From contig JBAYBM010000003.1 in NCBI GenBank assembly GCA_041669265.1, forward strand, positions 14,103 through 78,102: a stretch of DNA of 64,000 bases. The letters are read 5' to 3'. The first letter of the stretch is position 1, and each line of letters starts with the position of its first letter. The DNA is from Bacilli bacterium (lineage in GTDB: Bacteria; Bacillota_I; Bacilli_A; RFN20; CAG-826). Made by a program: the position numbers and the translations under genes. The notes under the pieces were generated by a model. That model was not told where the DNA came from and searched no databases. It worked only from the letters and a program-made list of their open reading frames with translations. Shown here piece after piece: positions 9,991 through 19,377 of the stretch.

Positions 9991-10549
9991 CTATATCATA
10001 AAAGGGGATAACGCCAATAACGGAAGCACCAAGAATACTTTCAACTTCTTCTGGGGATTTAAATTTAGTATTCAATGCTTCTCTAACGCATACATATATG
10101 ATAGCAATTACAAAGCCAATTGCAAATCCAATACCTATATTTCTAACAGTATGAGATACTTTTTTACCTTCTTTAGCTTCACTTAAAACTGCTATATTAT
10201 CATATAGTAATTTATATTTAGGTTCTTTATTAGTAGTAGTAGCATTTGCTACTTCTACTACTTTATTTACCAAAATATTTACAATATATTGAGCTTCTTT
10301 AGAATCAGTACTCGTATAACCTACACTAATAACTAAAGAAGAATTAACTAAGGTTGCACTTATATGATTTCTTAAGATATCACTAGTAAGTTCTAATCCT
10401 TTAGCTTCATTAATAGTATTACTTACTTCATCTAAAACTACATCTTCACTAATAAAAGTAACATAGGTTTTAGAAATATAAGAAGAATATTGATAATCAT
10501 CTACACTAGTAGAATCACCTACTAAAGTTTCATCAGGAGACACAATCAT
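9947..10549 (-). CDS. Second CpsC/Wzz paralog, N-terminally truncated: the first TM segment is missing. The open frame continues upstream to ~10630 without any ATG/GTG/TTG
   Basis: MIVSPDETLVGDSTSVDDYQYSSYISKTYV aligns with residues ~85 onward of 8268..9125. Hand translation upstream gives ...SCKVNVKFSPKNIFLEVKNYEATATM with no start codon and a TAA at ~10628-10630. Confidence 0.5.
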   Translation of the reverse strand: MIVSPDETLVGDSTSVDDYQYSSYISKTYVTFISEDVVLDEVSNTINEAKGLELTSDILRNHISATLVNSSLVISVGYTSTDSKEAQYIVNILVNKVVEVANATTTNKEPKYKLLYDNIAVLSEAKEGKKVSHTVRNIGIGFAIGFVIAIIYVCVREALNTKFKSPEEVESILGASVIGVIPFYDIDDVKDEDVGGKVDE

Positions 10550-10670
10550 TGTAGCAGTAGCTTCATAATTTTTGACTTCTAAAAAATGTTTTTAGGTGAA
10601 AATTTAACATTAACTTTACATGATTAAAAGTAATAATCTGATTTTTTAACATTCTAAATATTAATAATAT

Positions 10671-12005
10671 CTATAGTAAATAAACTAAATAATAAGGTAA
10701 TGTAAGAACTTGATTGTCTCTACCAATATTATAATTACCTAACTTTATAGCACTATGAACATCATATTTATCTTTATTCTTTAAGATCGTATTAGTAGAT
10801 TTAATATTCCCGCTATTTGATTTAACTTCAATTAAAGTTAATTCATTATTTATTCTTTTAACAAAGTCTACTTCTAAACCAGAATTCTTATGGAAATAAT
10901 ATAATTTTTCATTATTCTTAATAAATGCATCCGCTACAATATTTTCATATATTGCACCTTTATACGTAAGAATGTTATTAGAAAGAATGCTAGAAGCTGT
11001 ACCATCTTCTAACATAGAAATAAATAACCCTGTATCAGTTAAATATAATTTAAAAGATTCTTCATCTTTATTACCTTCTAAAGGAAGTTCTAATTGATGT
11101 AGATTGTTACATTTCTTTACTAAACCATAATCTACTAACCATTCTATTGCAGAGTAATATTCTCTTCCTTTACCACCTTTTTTAACTAATGAATATTGAA
11201 ATCTTTTATTTTCTTTAGCAAGTTGGTTAGGTATAGAAGTAAATACTTCTTCAATTCTAGTAAGTAAAGTATAATCTATTCTTTCATTTTCATTATCATC
11301 AAGATGTTTACCAAAATCATCTTTATATTCATTAACTAAATCTCTTTGGCTTTCTAATATGGCATTCATATCATTTGTTTTTAAAAATGTTTCTACTACC
11401 GAAGGCATACCACCAACTACTAAATATTCTTTAAAATATCTAAGCATAGAATTATGAATTGTATCTGGAATCTTCTTTTCTTTTTGATAACATTCCTTTA
11501 AAGAATCTATAACTTCTTGATTAATGCCTTTAGCCCATAAAAATTCTATAAAATTTAATGGATACATATCGATAATATGTTCAAAACCTACTGGAACATC
11601 TTGATTAAGTTTACGGTTATAATTTCTTAAACCAAGTAATGAACCAGAACCTATTACATCATATCTTCCATCTTTAATAAAAAACTTAATTGATGATCTT
11701 GCTCTTGTACAATCTTGTATTTCATCAAAAAAGATTATAGTTTTCTTTGGAACAAATCTTATATTACTCATAGCAGCTGATAACTCTAAAGTAATTCTAT
11801 TAATATCAAAGTCTCCATCAAATATTTTCTTTATATTTTCATTTTCTTTAAAATTTATTTCTACAACATTTTCATATTTTTGGTGAACAAAATATTCGAT
11901 AAGATAAGTTTTACCTACTTGTCTTAATCCTCTTACAATTAAAGCTTTCTTACGGTCGCCATTATACCAACTTAATAACTCTTTATAGATGCTTCTTTGT
12001 AACAT
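10671..12005 (-). CDS. AAA+ superfamily ATPase of the COG1373 type (N-terminal P-loop, C-terminal DUF4143-like region)
   Basis: LIVRGLRQVGKTYLIEYF Walker A, IIFFDEIQ Walker B; 444 aa; strong SD GGAGGT 8 nt upstream of the ATG. Confidence 0.7.
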   Translation of the reverse strand: MLQRSIYKELLSWYNGDRKKALIVRGLRQVGKTYLIEYFVHQKYENVVEINFKENENIKKIFDGDFDINRITLELSAAMSNIRFVPKKTIIFFDEIQDCTRARSSIKFFIKDGRYDVIGSGSLLGLRNYNRKLNQDVPVGFEHIIDMYPLNFIEFLWAKGINQEVIDSLKECYQKEKKIPDTIHNSMLRYFKEYLVVGGMPSVVETFLKTNDMNAILESQRDLVNEYKDDFGKHLDDNENERIDYTLLTRIEEVFTSIPNQLAKENKRFQYSLVKKGGKGREYYSAIEWLVDYGLVKKCNNLHQLELPLEGNKDEESFKLYLTDTGLFISMLEDGTASSILSNNILTYKGAIYENIVADAFIKNNEKLYYFHKNSGLEVDFVKRINNELTLIEVKSNSGNIKSTNTILKNKDKYDVHSAIKLGNYNIGRDNQVLTLPYYLVYLL

Positions 12006-12027
12006 ATTTATCTACCTCCATTTATAA

Positions 12028-12126
12028 TTTACACCTTTTTCAAGGGAGTTTTCAATATACTTTACACCTTTTTCAAGGGAGTTTTTTATATACTTTACAC
12101 CTTTTTCAAGGGACTTTTGTTATTAT
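12028..12126. repeat. Three tandem copies of a ~33-bp direct repeat (TTTACACCTTTTTCAAGGGAGTTTTYWATATAC), immediately upstream of the ATPase gene
   Basis: Read directly at 12028-12060, 12061-12093 and 12094-12126; the third copy is slightly diverged. Confidence 0.85.
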
Positions 12127-12310
12127 CAGTCTTTAAAAACTTAAATAACTTCGATTAAATCATGTTTATTTTATTTTTATACTTAAAAATTAATTTTAAG
12201 TATTCTTAAATTTTTAAACATTAACAAAAATAATAAAGATAACATTAATAAACACCTAGTTTTTTCTTAACAGTTTGCAATATTGAACAACTGAATATAA
12301 TATTAATGTT

Positions 12311-13240
12311 ATGAAGAAGTGCTTAATTATCATTAATGAGTTAAGTGGCTCTATTAAAAGAATGAACTTAGAAGAAATTAAAAGTGTCTTCTGTTTTAAC
12401 TATGAACCAGAAGTATTAAAACTATATTCTAAAAAACAAAAGTATTCTCCTAATGGATTTGATAGAGTAGTCATATGTGGAGGAGATGGAACCTTCTCTA
12501 AATATTTTAATAATGCTAAAGATTGTAGAGATCCAAATAGAGAGATAATCTATATCCCTTTTGGCACTTTAAATGAAAAAGCTAAAGGTAATAAGAGTTT
12601 AGCTAAATTAGAACCAGTATTATTAAATAATTTAGGAAGTATAGCAGATTATTACTTCTCTTATGTAGCAGCTACAGGTAGTTTTACTCCTTTAGGTTAT
12701 GTAGTAAACGATAAAAAGAAAAAGAAAAGAAAAGTATTCTCCTATATTAGTAAAGTATTAAAAGAATATAAAGTACATCATGTTGATGCCACTATCTCAA
12801 GTATTTCTAATACTAATATTTATATTAAAGATACTTTTGCTATAGTAATGATTTTAAAATCTAAAGAATGTTTTGGTTTAAAATTTAATCATTTATATCG
12901 AGAAGATAATGAAACATTATATTTACTTACTATTAAAGCACCTAAACATAAGAATGTATGGGGAAAAATAAAATTATTTTTCCCACTATTTAGAGCATTC
13001 TTTATAGGTTTTAATAAAGAATATAGAAGTAAATATATAAACTTTATACCATTTAAAGAACAATTAAATATTAATCTTAAAAAAGATGAACCATTCTGTG
13101 TAGATGGAGAATTAGTAAATATTAATAAAGAGAATAACTTAATAGAAAATATAAACGTAGTTAATAGAATTGCTATCTATAAAAGAAAAGATGTTGATAA
13201 GATGTATGCTGAACATAAGCATATTGATGAAAGAATCTAA
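12311..13240 (+). CDS. Diacylglycerol/lipid kinase catalytic-domain protein (YegS/DgkB/LCB5 family)
   Basis: VVICGGDGTFSKY and IPFGTLNE match the DAGK_cat GGDGT / P-x-G-T-x-N motifs; 309 aa; the only confidently coding plus-strand gene in the first 40 kb. Confidence 0.65.
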   Translation: MKKCLIIINELSGSIKRMNLEEIKSVFCFNYEPEVLKLYSKKQKYSPNGFDRVVICGGDGTFSKYFNNAKDCRDPNREIIYIPFGTLNEKAKGNKSLAKLEPVLLNNLGSIADYYFSYVAATGSFTPLGYVVNDKKKKKRKVFSYISKVLKEYKVHHVDATISSISNTNIYIKDTFAIVMILKSKECFGLKFNHLYREDNETLYLLTIKAPKHKNVWGKIKLFFPLFRAFFIGFNKEYRSKYINFIPFKEQLNINLKKDEPFCVDGELVNINKENNLIENINVVNRIAIYKRKDVDKMYAEHKHIDERI

Positions 13241-13326
13241 CACATTAATAAATTAAATATAATTTTTAATATGAATATGCAATAATTGCATATTTTAAAA
13301 CAATATAATATGCAACATACTAAATA

Positions 13327-13355
13327 AAAATCTATCGATATATACGATAGATTTT
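13327..13355. terminator. Bidirectional hairpin between convergent genes (AAATCTATCG-ATATATA-CGATAGATTT) with flanking A/T runs
   Basis: Perfect 10-bp inverted repeat read directly; lies between the + gene ending at 13240 and the - gene ending at 13379. Confidence 0.5.
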
Positions 13356-13378
13356 AATATTTACAACTAAATTAATAT

Positions 13379-14329
13379 TTACTTTTGATAAAGTTTTAAA
13401 GAATTTATTTCAAAATGAGAATATTTATATACATTAGAATTACCAGTGGTATCTTTTTTAAAGTAAGATGCTCCAGTTACTACTTCTCCACTAGTAGGAG
13501 TACTTTCACTATAAAAAGTACCATCTAAATTAGAGAATTCTATACTAATAAAATATATTTGTTTTATTCCTGTAGCAAAGGTAGTAGATATTAATTCAGT
13601 ATTTGTATCATCATATAATATCTCTCCTGTAGTAGATCCATCTACTACTGTACCCTTATTATCAGTAGTATTAGTTTTAGTATCAGTATCTAATTTATCA
13701 GTATAATTAATAACGCCAGTTCCTGTTCTACCACTACTAGGATAAGTAACAAAATCATTAGCTACTACAGTACTTGTAGTAGTTGTATCACTAGTGTCAT
13801 AACTAGTAACATATAAATTTATAGCATCACTTAATTCTACTCTACGAGTAGTAACAGTATCATCATTACCACTAAGAACATAATTTAAATTAGTAGTAAT
13901 ATTATCAAAATAATTAGAGAAAGAAGCTAAAGATAAAGCTACATCTATATCATTAAAAGTAGTAGTTACTTCTAAAGCAAAAGTATATCTTGCTCCTGGT
14001 ACCATATTTGATAAATCTGTATGAGTATTACTAGCACTTAAAAAATCTGTATCATAATCAGTTACTGTTTTAATATTAGTAGAATTTTCTTCATATTGCC
14101 CTGGTTCAATATAACCATGATATTCATTACTACTATTATAATTATTTTTATAATATTTTAAGTTATAGGTAATTTCATTAGAGGTAGCAATAATATTACT
14201 TACTGTAACACTAGCTTTATTAGTAGAAGTAAACCAAGCATAGGTAGAACTTATAGTAGCTAAAAAAACAAAGCCTATTTGAACTAAAGCTAATGCAATA
14301 ATTTTAGATTGTTTTTTAACGCTCTTCAT
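13379..14329 (-). CDS. Secreted T/S/N/D-rich protein with a TasA/camelysin-like (SipW-cognate class) signal peptide
   Basis: N-terminus KIIALALVQIGFVFLATISSTYAWFTSTNKASV resembles the TasA-type leader (hydrophobic core then T-Y-A-x-F-T-D/S); good SD AGGAGGAT upstream. Confidence 0.5.
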   Translation of the reverse strand: MKSVKKQSKIIALALVQIGFVFLATISSTYAWFTSTNKASVTVSNIIATSNEITYNLKYYKNNYNSSNEYHGYIEPGQYEENSTNIKTVTDYDTDFLSASNTHTDLSNMVPGARYTFALEVTTTFNDIDVALSLASFSNYFDNITTNLNYVLSGNDDTVTTRRVELSDAINLYVTSYDTSDTTTTSTVVANDFVTYPSSGRTGTGVINYTDKLDTDTKTNTTDNKGTVVDGSTTGEILYDDTNTELISTTFATGIKQIYFISIEFSNLDGTFYSESTPTSGEVVTGASYFKKDTTGNSNVYKYSHFEINSLKLYQK

Positions 14330-14640
14330 ATAGATCCTCCTATAAAATAAAAATACCAGCAGCTAAAATTTCTTTTAGGCAACTGGCAACCAATACATAT
14401 TTATATAGGCCCTATAGCTTTGCGTCACTAAGTTTCCCTAGTTTTGCTTGTAGTTATTATATTACGAAAGTATTTCGCAAACAAGTAAAATTTTATGTAA
14501 TCGATTTCGTGAATTGTGTTGTATACATCGTATCTTTTAAAGATTATTTTTATATAGAAAATTCAAACTAAATTATGTAGTTTTTATCAATGAAATTTCT
14601 ATTTTTAATACTAAAAAGTAATATAAAACCACACCAAATA

Positions 14641-14675
14641 TTTTCGAAAAGTGTTAGTTTTTACATTTTTCGAAA
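14641..14675 (-). terminator. Possible weak terminator after the LRR lipoprotein gene: TTCGAAAA-N16-TTTTCGAA stem-loop followed by an A/U-rich run
   Basis: Inverted TTTTCGAAAA-type motifs at 14641-14650 and 14668-14677. Confidence 0.25.
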
Positions 14676-14707
14676 GTTTTAAAGACTATTTTATATATTT
14701 TTATTAA

Positions 14708-17700
14708 TTATATTGTCCAGAAAGCAGGTAAATTATTAGTGTCATAATACCAATATCTTCTACTTTCAAGTAAGGTATCACTTGGTTTAGTAGCTGAATA
14801 ATATGCTGTTGCTTTAGCCCCGCTATTCCAAGAAGTAGTCCAAGCATGGGTACCACCTTCTTTATGCATATTATAAAATGTATCATAACTTTCAGAGACA
14901 TATATATAAGCATTAGAAGCGGCAAATGAATTAGCGTTTACTGTTAAATTAGTAGTGTCACTAGGAAGAATAAATCCTGTTAAAGAAGTACATCCACTAA
15001 ATGCACTATCACCTATATAAAGGATGCTACCTGTTTTATCAGTATTTGTAGCAAAATTAACTATAGTAGCATTATCTACTACGCTACCAGTATTCTCATC
15101 ATTAGCATATCTAGTTTTCATATTAGTAATACCACTACAACCACTAAATATAGAATTACCTAAATATTTAATAGTAGATGGTAAAGTTATAGTAGCTAAA
15201 TTAACACATGGATTGAATGCCCATCCATACATACTTTCTAGTCCATAATTTAAATCTAAGGAAGTTAAAGCAGTATCTCCTTTAAGCATATCCATACCTG
15301 TTATGTCACAAGTAGAAATAGTTTTTAAAGTAGTTAAAGTACGAGGTACACACATTAAGACTTGTCCATTACCTCCAGCTGTAACGTTTCTAGCAGCATT
15401 AATATAGAAACAACTATTATAAGAAGATAAATAAGTACCTACTACTTCATCAGTATTAGATATAGTACCTAAAGAATACCCATTACAACCACTAACATTA
15501 TAAAAGACATTTAAACGAGCATTTGGTGAGTTATCTGGAGTAGTAGTTGCTTTATATCCACTTGGGAAATATATATCTACTGTAGTAGGTAATACTACAT
15601 ATGTTAACTTAGTTCCCATACATCCATTTTGCCCTATATAACCTAAAGAAGTAGGAAATACATAATTATTATTATAAGTAGTACCACTATACCCTACTAC
15701 TTGAGCTAAATTATTACATGCATATAGTCCAGCATAACCGATAGTTACTATAGTATTTGGTAACTCTAATTTATTCATATAAGAATTACCTGCAAAAGCA
15801 CCTTGACCAATTTCAGTAACATTGAAGGTTCCTTCATCTACTGTTTCAGTAGCATTAACTTTTAATGTTTTATTTGAATAGGTAGTACTTTTAATATATC
15901 CAGTAATAGTAATATGAGCGGTAGTAGGTTCATGAGTAGTTCCAGAGACATGTCCTCCTGTATCATAACTATCTACCGTACCGCTATCATAAATATAATA
16001 ATATCCTTGATCAGTATTAGAGTGGATATTAGTTTCTGCACCAATGCCAAAATATATACCATTAACATCAGCGTTAAATCCTGCATTATTATAACCAGTA
16101 CCATTACCTTCAGCACTAGTAGATAATTTATAATTTGTGGCACTATAATTAGTTTTAGTACCTTCTAAATAGATTGATAATTTACTACCGATAGCAATAT
16201 TAGAATTTACCTTTTTAATTCTTAAAGGAATATATAAATATGGAAGTTTGGTACAATAAGAAAATACATTATTATATAATTCATTAATCCAATTACCCCA
16301 ATTTATAGTAGTTAAATTAGAACAACTACTAAAACAACTATCACCAATATTAGTTAATGAACTTGTAGGTGATAAAGCATCTGGAGCAGTAACAAAAGTT
16401 AAAGTTGTAATAAACTTACAATTATTAAAAGCTTGATTACCAATATGAGTAGTATAAGTAGAACTAGATGTATCTAATAATGAATAAGGTATTTTAAGTT
16501 CAAATCCATCAGCATTAGTGGCTCCATTACCATCATTAATCTTAAAAGCACCTTCAGCTATTGTAGTTAAACTACATGTTCCATCTTCAGCTCCAGCAAA
16601 ATATAATTCTTTTAAAGCATATAAGTTATTAAAAGCCCATTTACTTATTGTAGTAACGCTAGAAGGTATCGTTAAAGTAGTTACTTTTTTATTATTATAG
16701 AAAGCAGTTTCTCCAATAGTAAGTAAACCTTCATTTAAGGTTATAGCAGTCATATTTGTACAACCACTAAAAGCATCTTTTTCAATAAATGTTAAATCAG
16801 TATTAGTAGTAATAGAAGTTATATTAGTATTATTATAGAATGCTTTTTCATATATACCTTGTACTACATATCCTCCTAAAGTATTAGGAATAGTAACTGC
16901 TCCACCATTTCCATTATACCCATAGATATATGAATAAGTAGTATCTCCATCATTTTTAGACATATATAAACAACTATTTTCAATACCAATATCAACGTAT
17001 CCATAATCAATTTGAATATAAATATTAGAATCAGTAGCACTACCTGTAGAATTACCTATTCTATTCCAATCAGTAGTATATGTATCAGGCACTGCATCAT
17101 CTTGCATATATATAGTAGCGGATTTAATACCTCTAAAAGCCCATTTTTCAACAGTAGTTACACTACTTGGAAGATGGATAAGGTTTACACTAGTACAATT
17201 AAAGAAAGCATTTTCTCTTATTATTTTAGTAGTAATAGGCATTAATAATCTATTTAGATATTTACAATAAGCAAAAGCACTTGCTCCTACTTCAATTAAA
17301 CCAGTAGGAAGAGCAAAAAAGTTTTTAGCATCTGCAGCATATATTAAAGTAGTACATCCACTAAAAGCATGATCCCAAATTTTAGTATATGTAGCATCAG
17401 TTTCGTAATATAAATATGTTAAATTAGAGCAATTCTCAAATGTTCCAGGAAATATTTGATTCTTATCATTAGTATAATCACTGTCAGAATCTACTACTAA
17501 TTTTGGTAATATAAAAGTTACCATTTTATTATTATTAGCGAATGCTTGTTTACCTATAGTAGTTAAATAATCAGGCCAGTCTGAAATATTAGTTATATCT
17601 GCACCATTAAAACCATTATTAGCAATCGAAGTAATTGTATAAGTTGTACCATTACTAACATAATAATTAGGTAAGTCTATATATCCATTAGTAGCATTAT

Positions 17701-17983
17701 CTAAAGATGTACCTTTAGCGACCGCACAAGTTCCATCGCTAGCAGTTATATATTCTAAGCCTTCAGTATAAGTATCACCTGTATAGTCATTATTATATCT
17801 AGATACTCCATATTTAGTGAATTTACGATTAGGATCACCATCTTTAGATACTTTATCAAGTTCTTCCATAGTTTCATCGGTATCAGTATTTATATTATTG
17901 TTACAAGAACTTGTTAAAGATACTATACCTAATATAGTTAATATACATAAGAATCTTTTTAAGTTAATATTAAATAATTTCAT
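14708..17983 (-). CDS. Large surface lipoprotein with BspA-type leucine-rich repeats (LRR_5-like)
   Basis: Lipobox-like ILGIVSLTSSC. Many repeats of the IP..V..I...AF..C..L form, e.g. TIPNTLGGYVVQGIYEKAFYNNTNITSITTN...IEKDAFSGCTNMTAITLNEGLLTIGETAFYNNKKVTTLTIPSSVTTISKWAF; 1091 aa. Confidence 0.7.
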   Translation of the reverse strand: MKLFNINLKRFLCILTILGIVSLTSSCNNNINTDTDETMEELDKVSKDGDPNRKFTKYGVSRYNNDYTGDTYTEGLEYITASDGTCAVAKGTSLDNATNGYIDLPNYYVSNGTTYTITSIANNGFNGADITNISDWPDYLTTIGKQAFANNNKMVTFILPKLVVDSDSDYTNDKNQIFPGTFENCSNLTYLYYETDATYTKIWDHAFSGCTTLIYAADAKNFFALPTGLIEVGASAFAYCKYLNRLLMPITTKIIRENAFFNCTSVNLIHLPSSVTTVEKWAFRGIKSATIYMQDDAVPDTYTTDWNRIGNSTGSATDSNIYIQIDYGYVDIGIENSCLYMSKNDGDTTYSYIYGYNGNGGAVTIPNTLGGYVVQGIYEKAFYNNTNITSITTNTDLTFIEKDAFSGCTNMTAITLNEGLLTIGETAFYNNKKVTTLTIPSSVTTISKWAFNNLYALKELYFAGAEDGTCSLTTIAEGAFKINDGNGATNADGFELKIPYSLLDTSSSTYTTHIGNQAFNNCKFITTLTFVTAPDALSPTSSLTNIGDSCFSSCSNLTTINWGNWINELYNNVFSYCTKLPYLYIPLRIKKVNSNIAIGSKLSIYLEGTKTNYSATNYKLSTSAEGNGTGYNNAGFNADVNGIYFGIGAETNIHSNTDQGYYYIYDSGTVDSYDTGGHVSGTTHEPTTAHITITGYIKSTTYSNKTLKVNATETVDEGTFNVTEIGQGAFAGNSYMNKLELPNTIVTIGYAGLYACNNLAQVVGYSGTTYNNNYVFPTSLGYIGQNGCMGTKLTYVVLPTTVDIYFPSGYKATTTPDNSPNARLNVFYNVSGCNGYSLGTISNTDEVVGTYLSSYNSCFYINAARNVTAGGNGQVLMCVPRTLTTLKTISTCDITGMDMLKGDTALTSLDLNYGLESMYGWAFNPCVNLATITLPSTIKYLGNSIFSGCSGITNMKTRYANDENTGSVVDNATIVNFATNTDKTGSILYIGDSAFSGCTSLTGFILPSDTTNLTVNANSFAASNAYIYVSESYDTFYNMHKEGGTHAWTTSWNSGAKATAYYSATKPSDTLLESRRYWYYDTNNLPAFWTI

Positions 17984-18000
17984 AGATGTTATCCTTTCTT

Positions 18001-19377
18001 TTAAGCTTTAGTATAGAAATAGAATTGTTTCTTTTCTATAAGAGTATTATTAAAATAATAATCATAAGTAGCATTAGTATAATTCTTATTTAATATAACA
18101 GCTTTAGTCAAATTAGTATCTTGTTCAATATATAATTTATGAGTATCAGAATCAGTATATATTTCATAAGTAGTAACACTATTATTAAAATATAATTCAG
18201 TATATATAAATGCTCGATATGTATCACCTACTACTTTTTTAGTTTTACCATCTTTAGGATCAGTATAAGTAGAAGTATAAATATCTAAAGTAGAAGGATT
18301 ATATAATAAGAAATCTATATAATCTACTACATCATAAGGAGTATAAACAATTTCAGTTTCTCCAGCATTACCTTCTGTTTGTCCTTGGGCTGCAACATAA
18401 TAAATATATATTGATCCATTAGGTGAACTTATTAAATAATCTCCTTTTGGTAAAGAGAAGGTATGAGCAAATAATCTTGGAGTACTACTAGAATCTACTA
18501 TGGTAGCTCGTGTATCAGTCGTACCATCAAGATTATAGTTAAAATATTTAAAATCATTATTTGAAGGGATATATGTAGTATATAAAGGATAATCTACTGC
18601 ATTAGTAAGTTTAGAGTCACCTATAGTTTGAGTTTTATCATATACTGATAAATATTGCCCACTTCCAGAGACATTACTAGCCATAACTGTAACATTAGCT
18701 CCTGTATCATTAGAGATTTTAAAAGATATAGCACTTGTAGCATAAGTTACATCATTACTTGTCAAAGTAGAGAAAGTAGAACTACTTTTTTGAATAGTTA
18801 AATAAGAATTTAAAGAAGTAATATTAGTTTCTATTCCTGTAGCACTGACATCTTTTACCATGACTCCAAATTCTTTACTACCAGGATCTATTTTATCTCC
18901 TCTTTTATCATGTAATTTATAGGTAAAATATTCTTTTAATAAATCTGAATCAGTATTATAGAAATAATATCCATTCATTGAAGAAGAAAAAGGACAACGA
19001 ATTATATAATTACTTCTTCTTTCATATCTTTGATTCCAAGTAGATGAATCGACATATGTAGGCATATCTACCATATTATTTAATCGATAAGAATTTCCAC
19101 CATATTCACCCCAATTACTATAATTTGGAGTATTAGAAGTAGTATTATCAGGTACATATTCTCCCGTTGTATAATAAAATTCACTAAAGGCATTAGTAGT
19201 ATCTTGGGTTACTGAATAACTACCAAATCCATCAAGAAAGTGTTCATCATAAGGAGTAACATTATTATCTTTTTCACCTGTCGTAAGAGTAAATATACCT
19301 AATCCTCGATCAGTATCATCAGTATCTGCAATAACTTTTAATCCACTAAAATCTATCTTATTAGTAGATGGAGTAAT
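18001..19377 (-). pseudogene. C-terminal ~458 codons of a TasA-signal protein, in the same frame as 19378..20925 and separated from it only by one TAA (19378-19380). Nothing could initiate translation in the first 101 codons after that TAA (no Met until 19072-19074, no SD)
   Basis: Hand translation of the minus strand 19377 to 19075 gives ITPSTNKIDFSGLKVIADTDDTDRGLGIFTLTTGEKDNNVTPYDEHFLDGFGSYSVTQDTTNAFSEFYYTTGEYVPDNTTSNTPNYSNWGEYGGNSYRLNN then MVDMPTYV... with no stop. Confidence 0.5.

Noticed and set aside
10671-12005. DUF4143 AAA+ ATPase as a defence-system (for example Septu, Gabija or AbiEii-like) component
   Set aside because: It is a single gene with no partner nuclease, methyltransferase or HEPN/TOPRIM domain nearby. 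COG1373 ATPases are widespread singletons of unknown function. Context alone is insufficient to call a defence system.
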